Assembly: GCA_964478715.1 (NCBI GenBank)
Contig: CAYZIY010000001.1
Coordinates: forward strand, 9,088-73,087
Length of the DNA stretch: 64,000 nt
Source: an uncultured Planctomycetales bacterium
Lineage (GTDB): Bacteria; Omnitrophota; Gorgyraeia; Zapsychrales; JBDRMG01
Direction: 5' to 3'
Part shown: piece by piece, positions 27,921 through 37,840 of the stretch
How positions within the stretch are numbered: the first letter of the stretch is position 1
How the letters are laid out: each line of letters starts with the position of its first letter
Program-made: the position numbers and the translations under genes
Notes under the pieces: model-generated
Seen by the model: the letters and a program-made list of their open reading frames with translations, nothing else
The model's database searches: none
What the model was told of the DNA's origin: nothing

Positions 27921-28375
27921 CACTTTTTATCGGGGCGGATCATCGCGGATTTCAATTCAAAAAGAAATTAATAACGAAGCTGCAAAACGAAGGATACCGT
28001 TGCATGGACACAGGGGCATTCAATGAAAAGGAATCTTCGGATTATCCTGTTTTTGCCTTCGATGTGTCAAAGCGGGTGGCTGCCGCCAAAAAAACGCGAG
28101 GGATTCTGATCTGCATGACCGGTATCGGAAATGCCATTGCGGCTAATAAAGTGTGCGGTATCCGGGCGGCGCTTTGCTATAATGAAGAGGCCGCCCGGCT
28201 TTCCAGAGCGCACAATGACGCCAATGTGCTGGTTCTGCCGGCTAAGTTTGTCTCTTTTTCCAAGGCTCTTAAGATATGCAAGGCATGGCTGAAGGCGTCT
28301 TTTGAAGGCGGGCGACATGCCAGAAGGGTCAATATGATTAAGCGTTACGAAAAAAGCAAAACGAAAAGAAAATAA
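27917..28375 (+). CDS. rpiB: ribose-5-phosphate isomerase B
   Basis: IGADHRGFQFKKKLI N-terminus. 152 aa, RpiB/LacAB family. Confidence 0.85.
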   Translation: MTLFIGADHRGFQFKKKLITKLQNEGYRCMDTGAFNEKESSDYPVFAFDVSKRVAAAKKTRGILICMTGIGNAIAANKVCGIRAALCYNEEAARLSRAHNDANVLVLPAKFVSFSKALKICKAWLKASFEGGRHARRVNMIKRYEKSKTKRK

Positions 28376-28407
28376 ATTGAAAGCATTGGTATCAAGACGG
28401 AGGAATC

Positions 28408-29655
28408 ATGCAGCAGCTTAAGAAAACGGACAGAGAAATTTATCAGGCGATAGTTAAAGAGATTAAAAGACAGAATGAGAATATCGAGCTGATCGCTTCT
28501 GAGAATTTCGTTTCTCCGGCGGTTTTAGAAGCCCAAGGATGCGTTATGACCAATAAGTACGCCGAAGGATATCCGGCAGCCCGGTGGTATCACGGTTGCG
28601 AAAATGTGGATCGGGCCGAAGTGCTGGCTATCGAGAGGGCCAAAAAACTTTTCGGTGCTCAGCATGTCAATGTCCAGCCGCATTCCGGTTCGCAGGCCAA
28701 TATGGCGGTCTATTATTCGGTCTTAAAGCACGGGGACACTTTGATGGCGATGGATCTGGCCTGCGGCGGACATCTGACACACGGCCACCGGATCAATTTC
28801 AGCGGTCGCAGTTATAAGATTGTGACTTACGGCGTGAACCCTCAAAACGAAATGATTGACTTTGACGAAATCCGCGCCAAAGCCAAGAAATTCAAGCCGC
28901 AGATGATCATGGCCGGGGCCTCCGCTTATTCGCGGATCATCGATTTCAAGCAATTTCGAAAAATATGCGATGAGATCGGTGCCTATTTTGCCGTGGACAT
29001 GGCTCACATCGCCGGGTTGGTTGTGGCCGGATTGCATCCTAATCCGGCAGAGGTGGCTGATTTTGTCACGACTACCACCCATAAGACTCTGCGGGGCCCC
29101 CGGGGCGGTATGATTCTCTGCAAACAAGAATTCGCGAAGCAAATCGACATGAATGTTTTTCCCGGGATTCAAGGCGGGCCCCTGATGCATGTGATTGCCG
29201 CCAAGGCGGTCAGTTTTAAAGAGGCCATAAAAAGTGATTTTAAAAAATACCAGAAACAGATTGTTAAAAATGCCCAAGCGCTTAGCAGCGAGCTGGAGCG
29301 TTTGGGCTTTCGGATTGTGGCCGGAGGAACAGATAATCATCTGTTGATGGTTGATCTGCGCTTTAAAAACATTACCGGCAAAGAGGCCGCCGATGTGCTG
29401 GATCGGGTCAAGATTACCGTGAACAAAAATCTGATTCCCTTTGATTCTCAGTCACCTATGGTGACAAGCGGAATTCGTTTAGGGACTCCCGCGATGACTA
29501 CCCGCGGGATGAAGGAAAAAGAAATGCGTCTGATTGCCTCCTGCATCGAAGAGGCGATTGCTCATCGCACAAGCACGAAAAAACTAAAAGGGGTACTGGC
29601 TAAGGTCAAGCGTTTGACTGGCCGCTTTCCCATTTACCGGTCGCTGGGAATATGA
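28408..29655 (+). CDS. glyA: serine hydroxymethyltransferase
   Basis: [24 protein letters not shown] (PLP-Lys) and about 415 aa. Confidence 0.95.
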   Translation: MQQLKKTDREIYQAIVKEIKRQNENIELIASENFVSPAVLEAQGCVMTNKYAEGYPAARWYHGCENVDRAEVLAIERAKKLFGAQHVNVQPHSGSQANMAVYYSVLKHGDTLMAMDLACGGHLTHGHRINFSGRSYKIVTYGVNPQNEMIDFDEIRAKAKKFKPQMIMAGASAYSRIIDFKQFRKICDEIGAYFAVDMAHIAGLVVAGLHPNPAEVADFVTTTTHKTLRGPRGGMILCKQEFAKQIDMNVFPGIQGGPLMHVIAAKAVSFKEAIKSDFKKYQKQIVKNAQALSSELERLGFRIVAGGTDNHLLMVDLRFKNITGKEAADVLDRVKITVNKNLIPFDSQSPMVTSGIRLGTPAMTTRGMKEKEMRLIASCIEEAIAHRTSTKKLKGVLAKVKRLTGRFPIYRSLGI

Positions 29656-30116
29656 AATGCCCGTCTTGTTCATACAAAGAGACCAAGGTGATCGATTCCC
29701 GTTTAGTGACTGACGGAAGTTCGATCCGGCGCCGGCGCGAATGCTTAAAATGCGGCCGGCGATTTACCACCTACGAATATGTGGAAGACGTTCCCCTGAT
29801 GGTGGTTAAAAGCGACGGCCGGCGTCAGCCATTTGACCGCAATAAAATCATCACCGGTATTGTCAAGGCCTGCGAAAAGCGTCCGGTGAGTATTGATGAG
29901 ATCGAAAATATGACGACCGCCATTGAGCGTAATATTCAAAAAAGATTTGAGAAGGAAGTAAACACCAAAGCGGTGGGGGAAATGATTATGGAAAAACTGG
30001 CCGCCGTCGATGATGTAGCCTATGTCCGGTTTGCTTCGGTGTACCGGCAGTTCCGGGATGTGAATCAGTTTATGAATGAGCTGCAGCACATTTTGAATAA
30101 AGAGAAGAAGGGATGA
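29652..30116 (+). CDS. nrdR: transcriptional repressor NrdR
   Basis: [17 protein letters not shown] zinc ribbon plus ATP-cone. ATGA overlap with glyA. Confidence 0.9.
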   Translation: MKCPSCSYKETKVIDSRLVTDGSSIRRRRECLKCGRRFTTYEYVEDVPLMVVKSDGRRQPFDRNKIITGIVKACEKRPVSIDEIENMTTAIERNIQKRFEKEVNTKAVGEMIMEKLAAVDDVAYVRFASVYRQFRDVNQFMNELQHILNKEKKG

Positions 30117-30117
30117 T

Positions 30118-30525
30118 GTGATGGTTCAGGTTGAATTGACAAAAATCATTATTGACGAAAAAAGGCAGGAGCAGATCATTGTCCTTAAAGAAAAAGAAGG
30201 AACCCGTCAGTTTCCGATTGTAATCGGCTTCCTGGAGGCCTCAAGCATCAAGATCAAGCTCTCTAATACCAAAATACCCCGGCCCATGGCCCATGATTTA
30301 CTGGTTTCGATTATCAAAGAGCTCGGCGGACAGTTGGAAAGAGTGGTGATCGACCAGCTGAAGGATAATACCTTTCATGCCAAGTTGATGATTTGTACCC
30401 CCCAGGGGAAAACCAAGGCTGTTGACTCCCGCCCATCGGATGCCATTGCCGTGGCCGTGCGTACCCACACGCCTCTTTTTGCCCGAGAAGAGGTTATCAA
30501 AAAAGCCGCTTTTTTTAAAACGTAA
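30118..30525 (+). CDS. bifunctional nuclease (BFN, DNase/RNase) domain protein
   Basis: About 135 aa. RPSDAIAVAVR and DNTFHAKLM motifs resemble PF02577 members. Starts 2 nt after the nrdR stop. Confidence 0.65.
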   Translation: MMVQVELTKIIIDEKRQEQIIVLKEKEGTRQFPIVIGFLEASSIKIKLSNTKIPRPMAHDLLVSIIKELGGQLERVVIDQLKDNTFHAKLMICTPQGKTKAVDSRPSDAIAVAVRTHTPLFAREEVIKKAAFFKT

Positions 30526-30546
30526 ATGACTGGCGAGGTTTAAAGC

Positions 30547-31986
30547 ATGAGCGTTTTTGGCAAACTCAATTCTGCGATTCGGTCTCTCAAGAAATTATCT
30601 CAAAAAGAAAAAAAAAGAGTTTTTCTCATCGGGGGCTTTTTGCGTGATTCTCTGCTGGGCCGTTCAAGTCGCGATCTTGATTTTACTCTAGAAAAAGATG
30701 CGATTAAGCTGGCTGGGAAATTTGCCAGAACGATTCGCGGGGTTTTTGTTCTGCTCGATGAAGATTTCGGCTGCGCACGGGTAGTGAAAAAAATCGATGA
30801 TCAGATTTACACTTTTGACTTTGCGGATTTCAAAGGGGTTACGCTTGCCGAAGATTTGAAACGTCGGGATTTCACGATCAATACTTTTACTTGTCCGCTT
30901 GAAGATTTTGAGGCCGGGCGGTCGGTGTTTGAGCTTCTCAAAGATCAAAAAAAGCCTTTGCGGGATTTGAAATCAAAGACGATCCGGATGGTTTCAGCGA
31001 AGAGTTTGCGCTTAGATCCTTTGCGGTGTCTGCGCGCTTTCAGCCTGCGAGCCCAGCTTGGGTTTACGATCGAGACAAAGACTCTGGCACGGATAAAGAA
31101 AGATAGCTCGCAGTTGAAGCGCGTTTCCGCTGAGCGAATTCGTGATGAACTTTTTAAAATTCTCAAAGAGCCGAGGGCTGCTGTTCACGTTGAAGAAATG
31201 AAACGTCTCGGACTTCTTGAGCAAGTGATTCCGCAGGTGCACGTGATGTTTGGGGTTCACCAGGGCGGGTATCATCATCTGGATGTCTGGAAGCATTCGC
31301 TGGAGACTTTGCGTCAGCTTGAGAAACTGGAGGATGAAATTCACAAAGACAAGCGGCTGAAGGACTATTTGTGTGAGACCTTGGCCAGCGGCCGCAGCCG
31401 GTTTACCCTGATGAAATTGGCTGCGCTTTTACACGACATCGGCAAGCCCGAGGCCAAAATCCGCAAGGGTAAACGAACGCTTTTTTACGGTCACGAACGG
31501 ATCAGCAAGGGCATTGTGCACGAGATTTGCCACCAGTTAAAACTGGCGGTTAAAGAACGTCACGCGCTGGAGGATATGGTTCTTTGGCACCTGCGTCCGG
31601 GATATCTTTCCAATTTTAAAGTTCCCAGCGAGCGGATGAAATTCCGGTTTTTGCGCGACGCTAAGGACGAAGCGGTCAGCATTCTTTTTCTGTCTTTAGC
31701 GGATCAGCGTGCGACCCGGGGCCCTTTGACCACAAAGAAGCACGTTCGCCATCACGAGGCCATTGTCAGAGAGTTGGTAGAGCAACGTTTTCGTAAATGC
31801 AATGAGAAGCCCTTCCTCCGGCTGATTAACGGTTACGATTTAATTAACAAATTAAAGCTTAAACCTTCGCCGCTTTTTGCTACAATTTTAAAAGAAGTCG
31901 AGGAGGCCCAGGTGACAGGTCAGATCAAAACGAAACGCGAGGCCCTGGCTCTGGCCCGCAAAGTAAAAGCCAAAAAGAAAAAATGA
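30547..31986 (+). CDS. cca: CCA tRNA nucleotidyltransferase (class II PolyA-pol family) with HD domain
   Basis: GGFLRDSLLGRSSRDLDF head motif. Later an HD region (LLHDIGK). Confidence 0.85.
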   Translation: MSVFGKLNSAIRSLKKLSQKEKKRVFLIGGFLRDSLLGRSSRDLDFTLEKDAIKLAGKFARTIRGVFVLLDEDFGCARVVKKIDDQIYTFDFADFKGVTLAEDLKRRDFTINTFTCPLEDFEAGRSVFELLKDQKKPLRDLKSKTIRMVSAKSLRLDPLRCLRAFSLRAQLGFTIETKTLARIKKDSSQLKRVSAERIRDELFKILKEPRAAVHVEEMKRLGLLEQVIPQVHVMFGVHQGGYHHLDVWKHSLETLRQLEKLEDEIHKDKRLKDYLCETLASGRSRFTLMKLAALLHDIGKPEAKIRKGKRTLFYGHERISKGIVHEICHQLKLAVKERHALEDMVLWHLRPGYLSNFKVPSERMKFRFLRDAKDEAVSILFLSLADQRATRGPLTTKKHVRHHEAIVRELVEQRFRKCNEKPFLRLINGYDLINKLKLKPSPLFATILKEVEEAQVTGQIKTKREALALARKVKAKKKK

Positions 31987-32810
31987 AAATCAAAGAAACT
32001 GATTTTCGATTTGCAAGCAGCTTGAGCGAGAATCTCGATAGCGATTGCGTGATTCGCTTCGGCCAAGCCGTTTCGGGGGATTCTCACCATCGGATCATTG
32101 ATGCCCTCAGCGAAAAAGAGGCAAAACCTCTCAATGAAATAACCCTGCGGCAGGCCTACGAAAGAGCGCTTAAGGAAGCAGTCGAGGACGGGGGTGCTTC
32201 TTTGGATATTATGATTCCGCAATCAGATCAAGTTAAACTGCCGGTTGTGGCCGCGGCGAAAATTCTTTCTCAGGAGCTGATCAAGGCGTTGCGCGGGGGT
32301 TCTCCTTGGAAAACGATTACTCTTTGCGGCCCGGATGAAAAAACAAACGATAATTATTCTCGCATTATCAACGGTTACCTCGGACACATTCTGGATCCGC
32401 TTAAACAGCCATACCTGACCGTTGACGTCATCATTGAAATGCCCGCAGGCGTTGTGATTATCAAGCGCAGCAATCCGCCTTACGGTTGGGCCTTGCCCGG
32501 GGGATTTGTCGATTACGGCGAGAGCCTGGATGAGTGCGTGGTCCGGGAAGCCAAAGAGGAGACCAATTTGACACTCAGCGACTTGCGCCAGATGCACACT
32601 TATTCCCGGCCGGGACGCGATGTTCGCTTTCACACAGTGACAACCGTTTTTATCGCCAAAGGAAGCGGCGAGGCGCACGCCGGCGACGATGCAGCTGATC
32701 TGAAAATCGTAGACTACAAGGAGCTTGTGAATCAGGAATATGCTTTCAATCACAAAGAGATCCTGGGGGATTATCTACGGTGTAAAGAATCTCAAGACAA
32801 AATAAAATAG
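31983..32810 (+). CDS. NUDIX hydrolase with unassigned N-terminal 140-aa domain
   Basis: Nudix box GGFVDYGESLDECVVREAKEETNL in the C-terminal half. N-terminal half is unrecognised. ATGA overlap with cca. Confidence 0.7.
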   Translation: MKIKETDFRFASSLSENLDSDCVIRFGQAVSGDSHHRIIDALSEKEAKPLNEITLRQAYERALKEAVEDGGASLDIMIPQSDQVKLPVVAAAKILSQELIKALRGGSPWKTITLCGPDEKTNDNYSRIINGYLGHILDPLKQPYLTVDVIIEMPAGVVIIKRSNPPYGWALPGGFVDYGESLDECVVREAKEETNLTLSDLRQMHTYSRPGRDVRFHTVTTVFIAKGSGEAHAGDDAADLKIVDYKELVNQEYAFNHKEILGDYLRCKESQDKIK

Positions 32811-32821
32811 AGGGGGGCAAA

Positions 32822-33232
32822 ATGAGTCAGGCCAAGATATTGATTGCCGATGATGAGACCGAGGTTTTAGGTGTCATGCAAAAACGAATTGCCAAGGAAG
32901 GTTACCGGGTAATCACCGCACAAGACGGCGAGCAGGCTTGGGAGAAAATCAAAAGCGATGATCCGGACGTGATCCTTCTGGATCTGCGCATGCCCAAAAT
33001 GGACGGCTTAACGGTTTTAAAAAATTTGCGCGAAAATCCGCCGACTGCCAAATGGCAGCCGGTGATCATTGTCTCGGCGATGGGGGAGATTGAGGATATG
33101 AAAAAAGGATTCGACCTGGAGGCGGATCACTACATCACCAAACCCTGTCAGATGGAAGATGTGATTAAAAGCATTCATCTGATGTTGACTTTGATTCCGG
33201 CCCGGCGATCCAAATTCGAAACCCAGGATTAA
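32822..33232 (+). CDS. single-domain response regulator (CheY-like)
   Basis: ILIADDE...ILLDLRMPKMDG...VSAMGE receiver motifs. 136 aa with no output domain. Confidence 0.8.
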   Translation: MSQAKILIADDETEVLGVMQKRIAKEGYRVITAQDGEQAWEKIKSDDPDVILLDLRMPKMDGLTVLKNLRENPPTAKWQPVIIVSAMGEIEDMKKGFDLEADHYITKPCQMEDVIKSIHLMLTLIPARRSKFETQD

Positions 33233-33245
33233 CAAAGGATATGTT

Positions 33246-34316
33246 GTGAAAATCGGCATTATCGGATTACCCAATGTGGGCAAAAAAACACTTTTTGAGC
33301 TTTTGACCGGCGAGAAAATCGAAGAGAATTTCTCGGCCAAATCCGGGACGAAAATCGGTCTGGCCGTTATCCGCGATTCTCGCTTTGATCAATTGGTCCA
33401 GATGTATCAACCCAAAAAAGTAGTTCCCGCTACGATTGAGGTTGTTCTTCTTCCGAAATTCGATAAAGAGACCGTCCAAAGCGGCGAATTCATAAGATCT
33501 TTGGAAAACTGCGACGCTCTTTGTCAGGTCGTGCGCGGCTTTCAGGATGAGACCATCTTCCACGTCGAAGGATCAATCGATCCCCTTCGGGATATCGACA
33601 ATGTGATGACCGAATTGATTTTGGGTGATTTGATTTTAGTCGAGAAGCGACTGGGGCGGCTCACCAAGGAGCTCATGAATAAAAAGACACCCCAGCAGGA
33701 GAAAGAAAAAGAGATTCTTATCCGGATGAAAAGTTTCTTAGATGACCAGCGGCCCTTAAGTGTCTTAGAACTTTCCGACGAGGAGAGAAAAGGCATGGCC
33801 ACCTATAAATTTTTAACCCGCAAGCCTATGATTATTGTTCTCAATGTTGACGATCAGAAGCTCAACGACAAGCAATTGCCAGATCAACTCCTTAGCGCTC
33901 ATCAAGATGCCGATCTCAAAGTCATGCAGATTTCCGCCAAGATCGAGGCGGAGATCTCCTCGCTGGATGAAGAAGAACGTGAAGTCTTCTTAAATGACCT
34001 GAATATCAAAGAATCCGCTCTTAACCGCTTAACCCGGCTGTGTTATGAGTCTTTAGGGTTAATGACATTTTTTACTGTTGGGCCGACGGAAGTTCATGCC
34101 TGGATCACCAAAAAAGGCTCCCGTACACCGGTGGCGGCCGGGGTGATTCACTCGGATATGCAGCGGGGTTTTATCCGGGCCGAGATTATGAAATCTGACG
34201 AACTGATTGAAGCCCAAAGCGAATCTCAATTAAAGGAAGAGGGAAAAGTTTATCTCAAAGGGAAAGATTATGTCCTTGAAGACGGGGATGTGATGTTTGT
34301 CCGTTTCAATGTTTAA
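33246..34316 (+). CDS. ychF: ribosome-binding ATPase YchF (Obg-family GTPase)
   Basis: GTG start after AAAGGA. IGIIGLPNVGKKT G1 motif. C-terminal TGS-like domain ending ...GDVMFVRFNV. Confidence 0.85.
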   Translation: MKIGIIGLPNVGKKTLFELLTGEKIEENFSAKSGTKIGLAVIRDSRFDQLVQMYQPKKVVPATIEVVLLPKFDKETVQSGEFIRSLENCDALCQVVRGFQDETIFHVEGSIDPLRDIDNVMTELILGDLILVEKRLGRLTKELMNKKTPQQEKEKEILIRMKSFLDDQRPLSVLELSDEERKGMATYKFLTRKPMIIVLNVDDQKLNDKQLPDQLLSAHQDADLKVMQISAKIEAEISSLDEEEREVFLNDLNIKESALNRLTRLCYESLGLMTFFTVGPTEVHAWITKKGSRTPVAAGVIHSDMQRGFIRAEIMKSDELIEAQSESQLKEEGKVYLKGKDYVLEDGDVMFVRFNV

Positions 34317-34332
34317 ACATACCCAGAGCGCC

Positions 34333-35133
34333 ATGAAATTAATTTCCTTGATTCTTTTTGCCTTTATCGTTTTTGTATTTTTTGTCCGCTATCTGGAAGC
34401 AACCGGCATCTTTTATCCGTCACGTACGGTTAATAGCACTCCCGCGGATATCAATCTGAATTTCCACGATATTTATTTCAAGACTTCAGACGGAATCAAG
34501 CTTAATGGCTGGTTTGTTTTAGCTGATGAAAACGCCCCAACGGTTTTATTTTTTCACGGAAACGCTGGTGATATCGGCGATCGGCTGGAAAAAATTTTGC
34601 TCCTTAATCACTTAAAGGCCAATATCTTTATCATTGATTATCGCGGATACGGACGCAGTGAAGGCCGTCCCAGCGAGGCCGGGCTTTACCGGGACGCGCT
34701 GGGAGCCTATGATTATCTGATCGAGCAAAGAAATATCAGTCCCCAGAAAATTGTTGTCTACGGAACATCCTTAGGTGGAGTGCCGGCCATTGATCTAGCC
34801 TCCCAAAAAGAAATCGGCGGCTTGATTATTGAGTCAAGCTTTTCAAACGCGGCTGATATGTGCCGGATCATTTATCCGTTTATTCCTACGTTTTTGCTTC
34901 AGTCAAGAATGGATAACGTCGGGAAAATCAAAAACGTAAAGGCGCCGAAACTCTTTTTCCATAGCCAGAGCGATGAAATCGTTCCCATGGAACTGGGCCG
35001 CAAAGTGTTCGATAAAGCCAAAGAACCCAAGCGATGGGTTTCTTTGAAAGGAGGGCATAATGTCTCTTGCGAAGAGTCGAAAGAGACCTATCGGGGAGCC
35101 CTCAAAGAATTCTTGGAGGATATCCGTCGATGA
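34333..35133 (+). CDS. alpha/beta hydrolase (BEM46/YqiA-like)
   Basis: N-terminal TM helix, FFHGNAGD, nucleophile elbow GTSLGG, later HSQSD. Start may instead be the upstream ATG at 34297. Confidence 0.7.
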   Translation: MKLISLILFAFIVFVFFVRYLEATGIFYPSRTVNSTPADINLNFHDIYFKTSDGIKLNGWFVLADENAPTVLFFHGNAGDIGDRLEKILLLNHLKANIFIIDYRGYGRSEGRPSEAGLYRDALGAYDYLIEQRNISPQKIVVYGTSLGGVPAIDLASQKEIGGLIIESSFSNAADMCRIIYPFIPTFLLQSRMDNVGKIKNVKAPKLFFHSQSDEIVPMELGRKVFDKAKEPKRWVSLKGGHNVSCEESKETYRGALKEFLEDIRR

Positions 35134-36335
35134 AGACCGATTTTCTGAAAACAAAATCCACGCAAATTGTTGACTGTCGCGGTTGTAATATCACGCTTAA
35201 AGGGATCAACTTGGGCGGCTGGCTGATGATGGAGGCCTATTTTTTGCACGCGCCTAATGAACCGGTTCAGATATTTAAAAAGAATTTTATCCGGCATCTG
35301 GGTGCAAAAGCCCTGAAGGAATTCGAAGATGCCTACAGAAAGAATTTTATCACCCGTCAGGATATCCGTCAGATTGCCGATTGGGGATTTAATTGCCTGC
35401 GGGTTCCCTTTCATTATCGTTTGATTGAAAGACGGCCTTATGTTTATGATCAAAAGGGCTTGAGTATTCTGGATAAACTGATGGGCTGGGCTCAACGAGA
35501 GGGTTTGTGGATTATTCTAGACCTGCACGCCGCACCGGGCAGTCAGAATTGCGATTGGCATTCGGACAGCTTGGGAGCGGCCCGTCTATGGGGCAATCCG
35601 CAGTATCAAAAACGCGTGGCTCGTTTGTGGAATTTTCTGGCAGATCGATATCAAAACCACAGCCAGCTGGCCGGCTATGACATTCTCAATGAAGCGGTGG
35701 TGAATCATGAGGGGATTTTAAACCGCCTCTATCGTAAGATCATCCGCGCGATTCGTCAGGTCGATTCTCATCACATTATTTTTGTCGAGGGTAATCGCTG
35801 GGGCATGGATCTCGATTGCCTGGATCGTTTTGAAGACGATAATCTGGCTTTAAGTATTCACACCTATCAGCCTTTGGAATTCACGTTCAATTTTATTCCC
35901 CAGATACGTTATCCGATTGTCGGTAAGAAAACGCGCTGGGATCAGGCCGCGATGGAAACTTACATAAGGCCGTATGCCCGTTGGGCCCAAAAAAGAAAAC
36001 GGCCGGTTTTAGTCGGGGAATTCGGCGTCAACAACCGCCGGGGTCTTTATGGCGAAGACCTGTGGCTGAAGGATATCCTGAAATGCTTTAATGATTTTGG
36101 ATTCCATTGGACATACTGGACCTACAAAGCCGTCAAAAATAGTATCTTTCCCGACGGGATATACAGTTATTTTCCCAATCCGGCCTGGGTTAACCGCCAG
36201 GGACCGCTCACCGGTTGGCAGACTTATTATCGTCATTGGCCTAAGAAAAAGGCGGCCATGATTGACTCCTGGAAAACCAAAAACTTTACGCTTAATCAAA
36301 GAATATTGAAACAACTGCGTCATGCCCTACGCTGA
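35130..36335 (+). CDS. glycoside hydrolase family 5 (cellulase-like)
   Basis: Internal ATG at 35130 gives an ATGA overlap with the upstream gene. ILNEAV (acid/base NE) and VGEFG (nucleophile E) motifs of GH5. Confidence 0.7.
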   Translation: MKTDFLKTKSTQIVDCRGCNITLKGINLGGWLMMEAYFLHAPNEPVQIFKKNFIRHLGAKALKEFEDAYRKNFITRQDIRQIADWGFNCLRVPFHYRLIERRPYVYDQKGLSILDKLMGWAQREGLWIILDLHAAPGSQNCDWHSDSLGAARLWGNPQYQKRVARLWNFLADRYQNHSQLAGYDILNEAVVNHEGILNRLYRKIIRAIRQVDSHHIIFVEGNRWGMDLDCLDRFEDDNLALSIHTYQPLEFTFNFIPQIRYPIVGKKTRWDQAAMETYIRPYARWAQKRKRPVLVGEFGVNNRRGLYGEDLWLKDILKCFNDFGFHWTYWTYKAVKNSIFPDGIYSYFPNPAWVNRQGPLTGWQTYYRHWPKKKAAMIDSWKTKNFTLNQRILKQLRHALR

Positions 36336-37125
36336 AACTATCACCAGTACAAAAAACAAGCGGATTAAAGACGTTTACGCTTTGCGTGATCATCGTCAGA
36401 GACAAAAGACAGGATGCACCCTCATTGAGGGCACCAAAGAAATAACACTGGCGCTGAATGCCGGTGTTCAATTGAAAGAAGTTTTCCTCTGCCCTGATTA
36501 TTTAAAAACAGCGCCCAGAAAGAGTTTAGAGAAAAAGATTCGCTGTCTTTCTATCCCAACGACGATCGTTTCTAAGAATGTTTTTCAAAAGATGGCTTTC
36601 GGTGATCGGCATGAGGGACTGCTCGCCATAGCCCAGACGCCTGAACGTCATCTTAAAGATTTTGAGCTGAAGAAAAATCCGCTGATTGTTGTTCTTGAGG
36701 ATATCGAAAAACCCGGAAATCTGGGGGCAGTCTTGCGGACTTGCGATGCGGTCGGGGTGGATGCTGTTTTGGCCTGCCGCTGTCCTACAGATTTGTATAA
36801 TCCCAATATCATCCGAGCGTCTTTGGGTTCTGTTTTCAGCGTTCCGGTGGCAGCATGTTCTAACAGGGATGCCCTTGATTTCTTAAAGAAAAATCGAATA
36901 AAAATATACGCTGCCGCCATTGATGCTTCCAATCTTTATGACCGGGTTTCGTATGCCGGTTCGGCCATCGTCTTGGGCAGTGAACAAAAAGGATTGAGCG
37001 TCTTCTGGATGAAGGCCTGCGATCAGGTCGTCACAATTCCTATGCGCGGGCGTGTGAATTCCCTCAACATTGCCATTTCGGCATCCGTCTTGATTTATGA
37101 AGCAGACCGGCAACAAAGACAATAA
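36322..37125 (+). CDS. TrmH/SpoU-family RNA 2'-O-methyltransferase (RlmB-like)
   Basis: VVLEDIEKPGNLGAVLRTCDAVG, GSEQKG and SLNIAISASVLIYE SPOUT motifs. Confidence 0.8.
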   Translation: MPYAETITSTKNKRIKDVYALRDHRQRQKTGCTLIEGTKEITLALNAGVQLKEVFLCPDYLKTAPRKSLEKKIRCLSIPTTIVSKNVFQKMAFGDRHEGLLAIAQTPERHLKDFELKKNPLIVVLEDIEKPGNLGAVLRTCDAVGVDAVLACRCPTDLYNPNIIRASLGSVFSVPVAACSNRDALDFLKKNRIKIYAAAIDASNLYDRVSYAGSAIVLGSEQKGLSVFWMKACDQVVTIPMRGRVNSLNIAISASVLIYEADRQQRQ

Positions 37126-37840
37126 GATCAGGCTTCAGAAATATCTCGCTCAGTGCGGGGCCTGTTCGCGGCGCAAGGCCATGGAATGGATATTCCAAGG
37201 GCAAGTTGCTATCAACGGTGAAATCAACCGGGAGCCTTCAACGGCCGTTGACCCTGAGACCGATCGGGTGGAATTAAACGGCCGGTCACTGAATCTTAAA
37301 AAATATGAATATCTTCTTTTGAATAAACCCGCCGGAATAATCACCAGTGCCTCTGATCCGCACGCGAGCCGCACTGTCTTTGATCTTTTGCCTGCGCATT
37401 TGCGTCATTTACAAGCGGTCGGCCGGCTGGACAAAAATACCGAAGGCTTGCTGTTTTTTACCAATGACGGGGAGCTCGCGCATCGGCTGATGCATCCGAA
37501 ATTCGAGATCGACAAGCGGTATTTTGTGCGTCTGAAAGGAGCACTGAAATCCGACGATTGTAAAAAAATGGAAAAAGGGATAATGCTTGAAGGCCGCAAA
37601 ACATCACCGGCTGAAATTCGCCGTGTACAAATCTGCGGATTAAAGACCGAATGTGAAATCATCCTTCACGAAGGCCGCAAGCGTCAGATCAGAAAAATGT
37701 TTAGTCAACTGGGATACCATGTTGTCTTTTTAAAAAGGATTCAGCAGGGGTCTCTCGCTTTGGGATCATTACCTAAAGGCAAGTGGCGTCCTCTCAGTCA
37801 AGCAGAAATTACCCGATTAAAAACCAGTCTCAGCCGATGA
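37097..37840 (+). CDS. pseudouridine synthase, RsuA/RluB family, with S4 domain
   Basis: S4 RLQKYLAQCGACSRRKA, then the catalytic VGRLDKNTEGLLFFTNDGELAHRLMHP motif. Confidence 0.85.
   Translation: MKQTGNKDNKIRLQKYLAQCGACSRRKAMEWIFQGQVAINGEINREPSTAVDPETDRVELNGRSLNLKKYEYLLLNKPAGIITSASDPHASRTVFDLLPAHLRHLQAVGRLDKNTEGLLFFTNDGELAHRLMHPKFEIDKRYFVRLKGALKSDDCKKMEKGIMLEGRKTSPAEIRRVQICGLKTECEIILHEGRKRQIRKMFSQLGYHVVFLKRIQQGSLALGSLPKGKWRPLSQAEITRLKTSLSR

Noticed and set aside
28723-29340. 205-aa antisense ORF inside glyA (similar long antisense ORFs lie inside purE at 26490-26999, lpxD at 62711-63283 and the NUDIX gene at 32223-32753)
   Set aside because: All lie opposite high-confidence conserved enzymes, lack start-site signals and have arbitrary composition. 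They are typical shadow ORFs.
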